In this document: positions 20,542 to 30,133 of the stretch, piece by piece
How positions within the stretch are numbered: position 1 is the stretch's first letter
Layout of the letters: the number at the start of each line of letters is the position of its first letter
NCBI GenBank assembly: GCA_963827235.1
Contig: CAWHAE010000012.1
Location: forward strand, 256,001-320,000
Direction of reading: 5' to 3'
Length of the DNA stretch: 64,000 nucleotides
DNA from: an uncultured bacterium
Lineage (GTDB): Bacteria > Chloroflexota > UBA5177 > JANWHV01
Translations under genes and position numbers: made by a program
Notes under the pieces: generated by a model
The model's database searches: none
What the model saw: the letters and a program-made list of their open reading frames with translations, nothing else
What the model was told of the DNA's origin: nothing

Positions 20542-21459
20542 ATGGAATACCGGACACTTGGCAGCACTGGCACTCGGGTCAGCGCGATCGGCTTCGGTGC
20601 ATCCGAGATCGGGCACACGCCGATTGATGAGGCATCGCTGGCGCGGCTGCTGGACGCGGCGCTCGACACAGGCATCAACGTGGTCGACACCGCGGAGTGC
20701 TACCGGGCGAGCGAGGTCGATCTCGGACGCGTGTTGCCCGGCCGGCGCGACCGGCTCGTACTGGTCAGCAAGTGCGGGCACAACCCGGGCATGGAGCAGT
20801 TCGACAACTGGGATCCGCGCCTGCTCGAACAAACCATCGACCGCAGTCTGCGCCGCTTGCAGACCGACCATCTTGACGTGCTACTGCTCCACTCCTGCAC
20901 GACGGATATGCTGCAGCGCGGCGATGTCATCGCCGTCGTCGAACGGGCGCGGGCCGCTGGCAAGACCCGCTTCATCGGCTACAGCGGCGACAGCCACGCG
21001 GCGCGTTACGCCGTGGAGACCGAGCACTTCCAGGTGCTGGAAACGTCGGTGAGCATTGCCGATCAGGAGTGCATCGAGCTGACGCTGCCGCTGGCGCGCG
21101 ACCAGCACATGGGGGTGATCGCCAAGCGCTCGCTTGCGAACGTCGCCTGGGCCGGTATGATGCCACCGGAGGGCGTCGTCTACTGGCCGCGCGGCTACAT
21201 CGACAGCTATGCGGAGCGCCTGCGGGTGCTCGACTACGACTTCCTCCGGCGTGACCTGAACGAAGCGGTGGGTATCGCGCTCCGGTTCGCCCTTGGCCAG
21301 CAAGGCGTGAGCACGGCGATCATCGGCACGCGGCGGCCGGAGCGGTTGCAGGAGGACGCCGCCTACGTCGAGGCAGGCCCGCTCGATGCTGCGCAGGTAG
21401 CGGCAATTCGGGCACGCTGGCGGGAAGTAGCGATGCCAGACTGGGTCGGCACCAACTAA
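20542..21459 (+). CDS. aldo/keto reductase
   Basis: MEYRTLGSTGTRVSAIGFG, DTAECY, SKCG, SLRRLQTDHLDVLLLH. Confidence 0.93.
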   Translation: MEYRTLGSTGTRVSAIGFGASEIGHTPIDEASLARLLDAALDTGINVVDTAECYRASEVDLGRVLPGRRDRLVLVSKCGHNPGMEQFDNWDPRLLEQTIDRSLRRLQTDHLDVLLLHSCTTDMLQRGDVIAVVERARAAGKTRFIGYSGDSHAARYAVETEHFQVLETSVSIADQECIELTLPLARDQHMGVIAKRSLANVAWAGMMPPEGVVYWPRGYIDSYAERLRVLDYDFLRRDLNEAVGIALRFALGQQGVSTAIIGTRRPERLQEDAAYVEAGPLDAAQVAAIRARWREVAMPDWVGTN

Positions 21460-22110
21460 CAGGCAGGATATCGGCGGCAAGGGATCGGCGTGGGCGGCAC
21501 CGTGAGCGCGTGCGGCGCAGCCGGACGAACCACGAAAACTCGACTCGGTAGCTGAGCCGCACCGTGTGCGAGAGCGTATGTGGGTGCGCGCTGCAGACTG
21601 CATCCTTTCTCTGGCTGGCGCGATCCCGTGACTGTGCCGGTCCAGAGTATAGCAGGCACAGCTTGGAGTACTCGCCCAAGGCTCCAGCGCTAGCGCACGC
21701 CTATCTCGCCCCTGCTATCTCGCCGGCATGCGACGCGATCTGCGCCACGGCAGCGCAGGCGACGCTGAGGCGCCTGGTGCACATGAGCGATGGGAGAAAG
21801 TAGACTGGCAACTCTAGAGCGGGATATACGATCAACCCCTTCGCCCACGCCGGGGTCGCGGATCGTTCGGCCTAGTATTCAGGAGCTAGGACTCATTGCC
21901 GCGCAGTTGGCCAACACACGAACCAGCAGCATTCGCCCCGTCGGACAGTGTCTCGTCAGAGAACTTGGCCATCCGAGACATTGCCGGGTTGCCGAGTCGC
22001 TACATGCGTGGTGATTGCACGCTACCAGCGCCCGTTGGGGTTAATGTGCCCGGGTGCGGCTACCTCGTCCGCTTTCGCCGTGGCCTCCGAATAGCTGCGT
22101 CGGTCTCCTG

Positions 22111-22714
22111 TCAGGGTGTGTAGAGGAAGGCGTGCTCGGTGTAGCGGGGGGCGAGCGCATTACCCATGGGCATGCCGGGAGTCCCAGTCCCCCCATAGCC
22201 GCCGACAATGTCCCCCTGTGCATCGATTTCGGAGGGGATGGTTGGACTCCCCTTGGGATCCCCTCACATCGGTGTAGACACCTTTATGCAGCAAGAACCC
22301 GTGGTAGACGGCGTCGCTGTCGAGGTAGCCACCAACAATGTCCCCCTGGGGGTCGATGCCGTCGGCCCAGGTACCCTGCTGGGGTCCCGACCCGGCCTTT
22401 GGGTCGTCGAGCGTGGTATAAACGCCCTTGTGCAGCAAGAACCCGTGGTAGGTGCCGTTGCTGTCGGCGTACGAGCCCACGATTTCCTTGCGCGCGCCGA
22501 CCTGGGCGATGTCTGCAGCATAGTTGCCCGATGTGCCGTGAGGGTCGTCGATGGTGGTGAACGGGCCATGCAGCGCCAATTCATGGACGACGCTGCTTCC
22601 CGCTGCATGGGCGCGCGGCGGGGCGCCGAACTCCCTTGGCGAGCGCAGAGGTGATAGTGTGAGCAGGGTCACCAGAAGAACGGTGAGGACGCGGGTAATG
22701 CGTGCAGCGGTCAT
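22111..22714 (-). pseudogene. secreted HAF-like repeat (beta-propeller) protein, frameshifted
   Basis: Signal peptide; repeats DP..G...A.GI..QGDIVG.Y.D....HGFL. The third repeat shifts frame in a G-run near 22262 and ends HAFLYTP* at 22111. Confidence 0.65.
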
Positions 22715-23451
22715 CGTGACCATCCCTCCTTCGGTCTCGCTACTCCAATCCAGAGCCTGGTGTAGGCGCCCCTGTTTGTACAAATCCCGCTGGCAACGAA
22801 ACGAGCAGCGTGTAGCTTCTTGCGTGGCGCGGCCCTGGCACGGCCTCCTCCCTTCTCCGTAAACAGCAAACCGGCACACAACCAAACGGTCGTGGCCGGT
22901 TTCACCAGTTGCTCTCTGCAGTCCAGGGGTGGCCAGGTAGGAGCAGGCGTTAGAAAGAGGGGAGTGGCCCCGTGACTCTCGATTCTTGAGGCGCCGGACC
23001 CTTTCTACGGCTGCAGGTCATCGCATCCACGGCGTCAGTACTGCTCGCTCGACGCAGCATAGCATAGCACCCTGAGCGGGCGGGATACAGCGCGCCGCTA
23101 CACAAAACGTCGGACCAGCTCGCCAGAGCAATCCCAGACTCTGGCGGTCGTGATCGCGGTGAGCTTGAGTGGTCAAACCGCCGAATACCCGTTCGCTCTC
23201 GCCCTTCGGTAGGGCGGTTGTTGCTACCAGTACTTAGCGCATAGCGCACTCTGCTGCTTCGCGTTTGTTCGCCACTTTCCAGTTGGATCACCCCCTGATT
23301 GGTGTTGCGCACGAGTATATCACCAGGTCTCCCAGCGCGATGGGGCGGTGGGATCCGGTCCCGGACACCGGCGTCGGGTCCAGCACAAACGAGGACCCTG
23401 CCCCCGAATACAGCGGCAGGGTCCTCGGCTCATGCGCCTGCGTTCCGCGAG

Positions 23452-24165
23452 CTATTTGGGCGTGCTGTCGTTGGGCGCCACCTTCGTGAGGTTGGCAGCG
23501 TTGCCCAGCAGCTGGGTGATGTCGTGCGGTGCGAACAGGACGTGGGCCTCATTCTGCGTCAGACCCCACATGGTGAGCACCATGCCGGGCCGCACGTCGG
23601 CCATCGTGGCGGTCGGCTTGCCCACCAAGCTGACCGGCGTGGTGGGGGTCACGTCGACGAACGCGTGGTCACCGACCGGAATGGCGGCGAGCTTGCCCTC
23701 GTCGGCAGTGACGATAAGCACAAGTTGGTTAAGCGCCTGGTCGATGAAGACGACACGGCCGTTGATCTGGGTGTAGCCGACCTGAATACTGTCATCCTTC
23801 ACGGCGCCGGCCGTGATGGCCACGGAGGGCGCGGTCGAAGCAGCACCGGCGGCCACGGGCGGCGCCACCGGCGTAATGAGGACATGGTCGCCGCCGCTGA
23901 ACTCACTCAGGCTGGACTTGCCGTTGAACCGGCGGACGAGGGTTGCTGTGGGACTGATGGTGACGGTGATCTCGGGACCCGTGACGCTGCGCTGCACAAT
24001 GAGCGTATTCGGCGTAGCGCTGGGCACGGAAACGATGGTGAATGACTGGGGTCGAACTGGCATGGCCGCGGCGTGACTGGTCGCAGGCACGAGCATGCCG
24101 GCCAGGACAAGGCCACCGAATGCGGCCGTGGAGAGAATACGCGTGAAGCCGAGATTTTCCATCAT
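23452..24165 (-). CDS. secreted protein with DUF5666/OB-fold-like repeats
   Basis: AGGAGG RBS; signal peptide ending SHA; LVRRFNGKSSLSEFSGGD; MADVRPGMVLTMWG. Confidence 0.7.
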   Translation of the reverse strand: MMENLGFTRILSTAAFGGLVLAGMLVPATSHAAAMPVRPQSFTIVSVPSATPNTLIVQRSVTGPEITVTISPTATLVRRFNGKSSLSEFSGGDHVLITPVAPPVAAGAASTAPSVAITAGAVKDDSIQVGYTQINGRVVFIDQALNQLVLIVTADEGKLAAIPVGDHAFVDVTPTTPVSLVGKPTATMADVRPGMVLTMWGLTQNEAHVLFAPHDITQLLGNAANLTKVAPNDSTPK

Positions 24166-24299
24166 GATGTCCTCCTGTACAAGCAACTCTTCGGGCAACG
24201 CGGCCGGCCGGTGGTCTTGCGCCCATGTACACACTCTAGAGAGCACACATTGTCGCAACGTCATCAATTCGTAAACGATGTGTAACAAGAGTATTGATC

Positions 24300-24660
24300 A
24301 CATGGCGCTCCGAGTCTATGCCGGCTTCGATGGTCCGTCTCAGCTGGGCGGAAGCTCTGGCATCGTGCGATCCGACGATGCGGGCAAGGGCTTCCAGATG
24401 GGCGGCGACCCGCCCAAGCTCATCGGCTACCGCTACGGCTACGAGCCTTGGGGCCCCCTGGTCGCCGAGCCCGCTTGGCTCGCGCCCTGTATGCCAACGT
24501 CACGAGCCTGGCCCCGTACACGTATGCCCCACTCCCGGCGTTTGCAGTGCGGAGCGATGATGCAGGCGTCTCCTGGACCAGCATGATAACGCCGGCGGCT
24601 ACCCTGCCCGTGGCGGCGTTCTCGGTCAACACGGATCCGCTGTTCGGCATTCAGCCGACG
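24300..24660 (+). pseudogene. BNR/Asp-box repeat fragment
   Basis: GIVRSDDAGKGFQ and AVRSDDAGVSWT lie in different frames; no start or signal peptide. Confidence 0.5.
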
Positions 24661-24889
24661 GCGGAAGAAGGCGCACGCGCTGGGCGCAAGTATCGACTTT
24701 GGTCAAGCCACTCAGCTGGAGTGTCCAGTGTAGTGCAGCACGAGCGAGATGCTATTATCCAGCCAGTCGGCAATGATCGGGATGAGTAGACGTGCACGCG
24801 GATTCAGAGAGCTCTCGTTCCATGTCGCCGGCAAGCAGGGCAGACGCGAGCAGCTTGTGCGGCACGATGCGCTGCAGCGGTTCCAGCAC

Positions 24890-25320
24890 TCCTTCACCGC
24901 TCGGCGCGAGTTTAGCGAGCAGGTCCTCGCACTGGAATCGGAGCGCTACCGCAAGCTGAGCGATATCGTGCTGACCACTCCGTTCTTCTTCTCCGATCTG
25001 TATGTCTCACCACCACCGGACATGTTGGCCAAGCAGACTGGGGGAGATCGCGCGCTAGCCAGCCAGCTGCTTGCCGACTATGGCGCGGTGCATGATCAGT
25101 GCGCCTCGGAGTCGGGATGGCAGCAAGCAGCATACGCACTTGCCATGCGTCGTGGTCTGAAGCCTGGAACGGTCTTTATACTGCTCCGGCTCGCACTGAC
25201 CGGCAGCGACCGCAACCGCCACTATTTCCGATCACCCTGCTCCTTGGCTCGGCCGAGGTGCAGCGACGGCTAGCAGCGACACAAGCGCTGCTCTCACAAG
25301 CCGAGAGCGATCACGCGTGA
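24890..25320 (+). pseudogene. glutamyl-tRNA synthetase C-terminal anticodon-binding-like domain, frameshifted
   Basis: ERYRKLSDIV..TPFFF...GLKPGTVFILLRLALTG, then in a shifted frame PPLFPITLLLGSAEVQRRL. Confidence 0.55.
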
Positions 25321-25393
25321 CAATACCAGCCACACGCAGCGTCGACTAGCTTGTATTAGGCAGGAGCATATTGCACAGAGGATCGACCTCTCG

Positions 25394-26191
25394 TCAGCCG
25401 CTGATGGCGATTGACGCTACCGTGCTGTCGAGCACGGCAAAACCCGGAGTGCTGGCCTGCGCGGCGGCGGGCGTATCCAGACGCGCCGCCAGGGTGGCGA
25501 TGTAGCGCTCGTAGCTCTTCGCGAACGCGTTGTAGTCGAAGTTGCCGGGAATGACGCCGGGCAACAGGCTGATGTGCACGGGGAAGATGGCCGCCACATA
25601 GTACTGCGCGTCCGCCGTCAGCCCCTGGCAGGTGTAGATGAGGCGGTTCGCGGTCACGGGGGAGACATCCGAGGCGTAGTACGTCAGGTAGCACAGGGCC
25701 TGTCCGCTCTTGAACGAGAGGTACTTCTCCTGCGCGTGGAAGATCTGCCCCGCAGGCTGCGGGGGCAGCAGCGGCAGCAACGTGACCTTCTTGAGGTTGG
25801 GATGCGCGTGGAGGATGGAGAGCAGGCGGCGCTCGACCTGGTCCCACTTGTACTCGCCGAACGAGGCGGTGCTGTACACGGCGATGGTGGGAACGGCGAT
25901 CGTGCCCGTGGGCAGCACATGGGAATAGTAGTGCGAGAAGCGGAACTCCGGGTGCGCCGGCGCCATGCCTGCCGGCATCATGTTGGGTTGGTAGGGCACC
26001 TTGGCAACGTCGACCACACGCACTTGCGTGCCTGCCAGCGCATTCACGAAGCTGACGTTCCCATGGCTCACTCGCGCGGGCGCCGACGCGACCACCGCGT
26101 GTGGCAGCGCTGCCGGCAGCCCGTATGGACCCAGAGTGGACAGGAACACGACGCAAGATGCCACCACAGCGGCCAGAACTGAACGCTTCAT
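25394..26191 (-). CDS. secreted conserved hypothetical protein
   Basis: Signal peptide MKRSVLAAVVASCVVFL; LPLLPP..AGQIFHAQEKYLSF, YTCQGLTADAQYYVAAIFPV, LDSTVASI. Confidence 0.8.
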   Translation of the reverse strand: MKRSVLAAVVASCVVFLSTLGPYGLPAALPHAVVASAPARVSHGNVSFVNALAGTQVRVVDVAKVPYQPNMMPAGMAPAHPEFRFSHYYSHVLPTGTIAVPTIAVYSTASFGEYKWDQVERRLLSILHAHPNLKKVTLLPLLPPQPAGQIFHAQEKYLSFKSGQALCYLTYYASDVSPVTANRLIYTCQGLTADAQYYVAAIFPVHISLLPGVIPGNFDYNAFAKSYERYIATLAARLDTPAAAQASTPGFAVLDSTVASIAISG

Positions 26192-26543
26192 TGCACCCCC
26201 CTTCCTACGCGCCACTCGACGATGTCGCTTGTGCGAGTATACATCCGCGCCTCGCCCGCAGAGCGGCCGCCTGCTGTTGCACCTACTGAATCTCCCTGGC
26301 CACAGGGGCCAGTCAATAGGAGACACTCAAGAAGCGGGGAGGTGCCCGGGCAGCCGTGGCTTGGGCGCTGTTGCCGACGGGCGAGTAAGCCGCAGCCTGA
26401 CCAGGACTCGCCTGCAAGCGTGTCGCCGTCTGCGCCAACGCTCCTCTCGCCACTTCTGATAGGGGCGCAGGTCTCAGATTTGGTAGTGCGCTAGTCTGTT
26501 GACTCACGATACAGAACAGGCGTAATGGCTAACACCGCCGCCA

Positions 26544-26577
26544 CATCAGAGCCGGCGCGTACGTGTCGGCTCTGATG
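26544..26577 (-). terminator. hairpin downstream of the haloperoxidase gene
   Basis: catcagagccg...cggctctgatg, 11-bp inverted repeat. Confidence 0.45.
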
Positions 26578-26622
26578 CAGGTTAATGCGACCCGCGACGA
26601 TCTCGGCCTGGGCTGCAGGACC

Positions 26623-28350
26623 TCAGACGGTCACAATTGTGCCGTCGAACCTGGTCAGAGAGAATCCTCTGAACAGCTCGGGATAGGTCCGGGCCTCGTC
26701 GGCCAGCACGCCCATGGCCACCGCCTCGCCGAGCTGCAGCCCGGCGACAAGGTCCGAACGCCAGTGCACGCCGCCAAAGGCTCGCCCCATGGCCACGTTG
26801 CCGGCGAGCTTGTTCAGCTCGCCACCTACCGTCAGAGCTGCTCCCGTGTAGGGGTCCAGCCTGCTGCCGTCGGTGCTCGCCACTACCGAGTTGGGCAGCA
26901 ATGCCGTCTGGTCAAAGAACGCTTTCAGCACGGTCACACAGGCCCCGGCGACCGCCGCGTGACCAGCGGGGTAGGACGGGTGCAGGGGACAGCCCTCCGG
27001 ATAGGCCATGGGCATGAGACAGCTGCCGGTCCTCTGCATCACGGCCCCCAGCACGGTAGATGTCGACAGCAGGTCGGGGTGGATCGGGGCCTGGGCCAGA
27101 CCCAGCTTCTGCCTGTGCACGCGATTGCCGAACTCCTCGGGGCGTACGCGGCGGTGCACCAGCCACTTCTGGTACCAGCAGGCCTTGAGTGCGGCGTTGG
27201 CGGCCTTGGCTATCAGGTCGTAGAGATGCGGCGGACCAAAGGTGGCGAACCCTGCCTGGCACTTGGCCTGCAGATAGGGGTTGCCGGCATTGAGCGGCGC
27301 GGCCAGCTGGTAGAGGGTCAACCCGGCATTCAGGTAGGCCTGGTAGCTGAAGTCCGTGTGAAGGAAAGTGGTGAGGTCACGGCCGGTACTCAGGTAGCGG
27401 GTCGGCGGTGAGGCCGCCGGCGTGCCGCCGGGGGCGGGTGGGCGGTACTGCCCATTCTGTACTGTGAGCCAGTCTGCGAAGGTGGTGAGGTACTCGTGAG
27501 CAGGCGCGACCGAATAGCGCTGCGGCACGGTCATCGCACCGTAGGGGATAGGCAGCCAGAAGAACTGGGAGATGCAGGGTCCGGCCAGTTCACCGGGCAG
27601 ACCCACCCGGAAGATCGTGGCCGCGGTGACCGCCCCGTTGGCCGTGGGACCGCTGAAGCCGGAGAGACGACTCAGGTCTGCGCTCGCCTGGCCGATCAGC
27701 GGGTCACCGGTGTAGGAGGCGAAGGGGACATCACGGGCCAGGGCTTGCCAGTACAGTTCGGCCATCTCGGCGGCCGTCTCGGCGCTGTTGAAGGCAGGCG
27801 GGGGCGTCGCGGCCAGGCAGCAGGAGTCGGGACCTTCGAGCCCGAAGGCGAAGCCTGCCATCGGATTGGATAACTTGTTCTTGCCGCCCAGGGGAATAGC
27901 CTCGAAGCCGGCCAGGTTGCCGCTGGCGAGGGCAGCCAGGAGGGCGCTGTATGCCGCGGGGTCGACATCGCCCGGCGCATTGTGGGGCAAGCCCTTGGTG
28001 TAGTTGCCGATGCGGCTGGAGGGATACAGCGCTTCGTCCCCATTCGTGGGATGTGCCGGCAGGGTGTGGGCGCGCTGGGTGCGGGCCGCGCTGATGCGAA
28101 TGGCCTGGGCCTGATCGGCGCGTGCCACGCCCGCTAGTTGGTTCCTGGCTTGCGCGTGCTTTCGGCTAGCTTCCGCGGCAGGAGGTACCGGCATGCTTCC
28201 CAGGGCTCCGGCCGCAATCGCTATTGCAGCCATACCGCCGGTGCGACCAAGGAAGCGGCGGCGGCTTAGGCGGTCAGACGGCGCATCCCCCGTGGTAGCC
28301 GCGGTTGCGACCGCCGCGACGATCGGCGAGGCGGTAGTCGGCGTGATCAT
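26623..28350 (-). CDS. Tat-exported vanadium-dependent haloperoxidase (algal bromoperoxidase-like, PAP2 superfamily)
   Basis: SRRRFLG Tat motif; AEMAELYWQALARDVPF; WYQKWLVHRRVRPE; EGCPLHPSYPAGH; GELNKLAGNVAMGRAFGGVHWRSD. Confidence 0.92.
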   Translation of the reverse strand: MITPTTASPIVAAVATAATTGDAPSDRLSRRRFLGRTGGMAAIAIAAGALGSMPVPPAAEASRKHAQARNQLAGVARADQAQAIRISAARTQRAHTLPAHPTNGDEALYPSSRIGNYTKGLPHNAPGDVDPAAYSALLAALASGNLAGFEAIPLGGKNKLSNPMAGFAFGLEGPDSCCLAATPPPAFNSAETAAEMAELYWQALARDVPFASYTGDPLIGQASADLSRLSGFSGPTANGAVTAATIFRVGLPGELAGPCISQFFWLPIPYGAMTVPQRYSVAPAHEYLTTFADWLTVQNGQYRPPAPGGTPAASPPTRYLSTGRDLTTFLHTDFSYQAYLNAGLTLYQLAAPLNAGNPYLQAKCQAGFATFGPPHLYDLIAKAANAALKACWYQKWLVHRRVRPEEFGNRVHRQKLGLAQAPIHPDLLSTSTVLGAVMQRTGSCLMPMAYPEGCPLHPSYPAGHAAVAGACVTVLKAFFDQTALLPNSVVASTDGSRLDPYTGAALTVGGELNKLAGNVAMGRAFGGVHWRSDLVAGLQLGEAVAMGVLADEARTYPELFRGFSLTRFDGTIVTV

Positions 28351-28393
28351 CGTGCGCTCCTGTTTGGGATAACTGGTGGCATCCAAGACCGGA

Positions 28394-28436
28394 GTGGGCA
28401 GACGGGATTCACGCCGATGGTGCGAATCCCGTCTGC
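28394..28436. repeat. intergenic palindrome (GTGG + 13-bp stem), REP-like or RNA hairpin
   Basis: gcagacgggattc (28398-28410) pairs with gaatcccgtctgc (28424-28436). Confidence 0.5.
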
Positions 28437-28506
28437 AGCGTCAGTGCCGAGAGGGTCAGCCTCCCAGGCAGTGGACAGCGGGCATGCCCGTTCGGAGCGA
28501 TGTGCG

Positions 28507-28968
28507 CTAGCTGCCGGCGAAGACGATGAAGTCGTCGCTGACAATCATGCCGTTGACCACGGCAAAGATGTGGGCGCAGCGGCCCTTGATGACATTCGCG
28601 GGATTCAGGGCGATCTCATAGTGGACCACCATCCCGGGCAGCGGGCTGCGCTCACTGACAAACTTGAGCGTGAACCCGACATGGCTAGCCGCGAAGGCTT
28701 TGTACCAGCCTTCAATCGCTGGCAGTTTGTGAAAGACACTGGTCTGGCCTGCGGGCGTGGAGACAGTCAGCGTCGCATCGGGGGTATAGACCTGAGCGAG
28801 CTGGCTGACGCTCCCTCCCCGCAAGGTGCTGTTGTACAGAGAGAAATAGGTGGCCACCACGGCTGCTGGGCTGGGAGCAGGTGCGGCGATCGTCAGGCTG
28901 GCAGTACTGCCGGTTGTGAGTGCAAGCACCAGGACGCCGCACAGCAAAGAGATGAGTCGGACGCGCAT
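28507..28968 (-). CDS. secreted SnoaL/NTF2-like protein
   Basis: AAGGAG RBS; signal peptide; VVATYFSLYN...LAQVYTPDATL...AIEGWY...IFAVVNGMIVSD. Confidence 0.75.
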   Translation of the reverse strand: MRVRLISLLCGVLVLALTTGSTASLTIAAPAPSPAAVVATYFSLYNSTLRGGSVSQLAQVYTPDATLTVSTPAGQTSVFHKLPAIEGWYKAFAASHVGFTLKFVSERSPLPGMVVHYEIALNPANVIKGRCAHIFAVVNGMIVSDDFIVFAGS

Positions 28969-29058
28969 AGGAGAGTCTCCTTTTCACACGGGTACGCGTG
29001 TGCCTTCATCATCACAAGTGGACTGGGGTGCTGCTGGGATGTGTCTAGCGTGGGCCAC

Positions 29059-29886
29059 CTAGCTCATGGCGCTCTCCTTCCTCACTGTTCTTTTCTCGTG
29101 CTCGTGCTCACGCGGCGTCGCCAGAATGTAGCGGAAGCGCTTGACTAGGCGCACCGTGCCTGCCGCCGTGGTGTGGTGCGCCAACGCCCGCAGTGTCGCC
29201 GTACGCACAGGCAGCGGCCCGAGCAGTTGCATTGCCGCCTGAAGCGGGCCCGTCGACGCATGGGCCTCCCATGCGGTCTCGGGATCGACGTACTCCCACG
29301 GGCACATGACCTCCTCCTCAGTCAGAGCCTGCAGCCCTGCCCTGGCAATCAACGTGTCGAGCACCCCTGGCGCCGAGAGTGCGAATGGCTCTTCTCCGAC
29401 GGCAGTGGGCAGCAGCTCGCCCAAGGCGCGAGCGATGGCCTGCCAGACCGGGTCCGGGGGCATAGCCTCGACTGCAGTTACCACTGTTGCCCCGTCACGG
29501 CTGACGCGCGTCAGCTCACGCAGGGCCACGGCGGGTTGTGCCACGTAGGGCAGGACATCGGCGGCGATCACCGCATCGAAGGAGTGCCCGGCGTAGGGCA
29601 AGAGCTCCAGGTCGCCCATTCGGAAGTCGCCGTCCGGCACGCGGCGTCGGGCGATGGTCAGCAGGGCATCGGACGCGTCCAGCCCGTTCACGAGTGCTCC
29701 CCGCTGGCCGGCGAGCACGCTGGCGCCTCCGGCTCCGCAGCCGGCGTCCAGCAGATGAGTGCCCCGATCCACGCCTGCGGCATCGAGCATGGCCAGCCAT
29801 AGCGGCCTGGATAGTGGCTCCTGCAGCTCTGCCCAGGCATACGCTGCCCCGCCCCACAGATGCCCCTGCAAGATCGCCGATCCCAT
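29059..29886 (-). CDS. class I SAM-dependent methyltransferase
   Basis: LLDAGCGAG, GLDAS, GDLELLPY..SFDAV. Confidence 0.9.
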   Translation of the reverse strand: MGSAILQGHLWGGAAYAWAELQEPLSRPLWLAMLDAAGVDRGTHLLDAGCGAGGASVLAGQRGALVNGLDASDALLTIARRRVPDGDFRMGDLELLPYAGHSFDAVIAADVLPYVAQPAVALRELTRVSRDGATVVTAVEAMPPDPVWQAIARALGELLPTAVGEEPFALSAPGVLDTLIARAGLQALTEEEVMCPWEYVDPETAWEAHASTGPLQAAMQLLGPLPVRTATLRALAHHTTAAGTVRLVKRFRYILATPREHEHEKRTVRKESAMS

Positions 29887-30133
29887 CCGCTTGAGTTCCT
29901 TCGCTGTGTGCTTCGTCCGGCGAGTGCCCGTACCAGCCACTCTAGGCCAGGCAGCGGCAGTCGCCCAGGCAGAATGCGCAACGTCCGGTGCATTTTCGTG
30001 CGCAATATGGTTGCAGGCCACCAGGGAATCCGGCCGCCGCCGCATATGCAGGCCGCTGGTACGATCTCAGCAAGGAGCAGGTAGCACGGCTGCTCCGCGG
30101 CGAAGCACCGGGACGAAGGGACGAACCAGCGGC

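Noticed and set aside
22900-23450. Long intergenic stretches examined for tRNA or riboswitches (also 15000-16000, 41500-42250, 55900-56400)
   Set aside because: I could not recognise a cloverleaf, T-loop or known aptamer consensus by eye. An Infernal/Rfam scan would be needed to exclude them.
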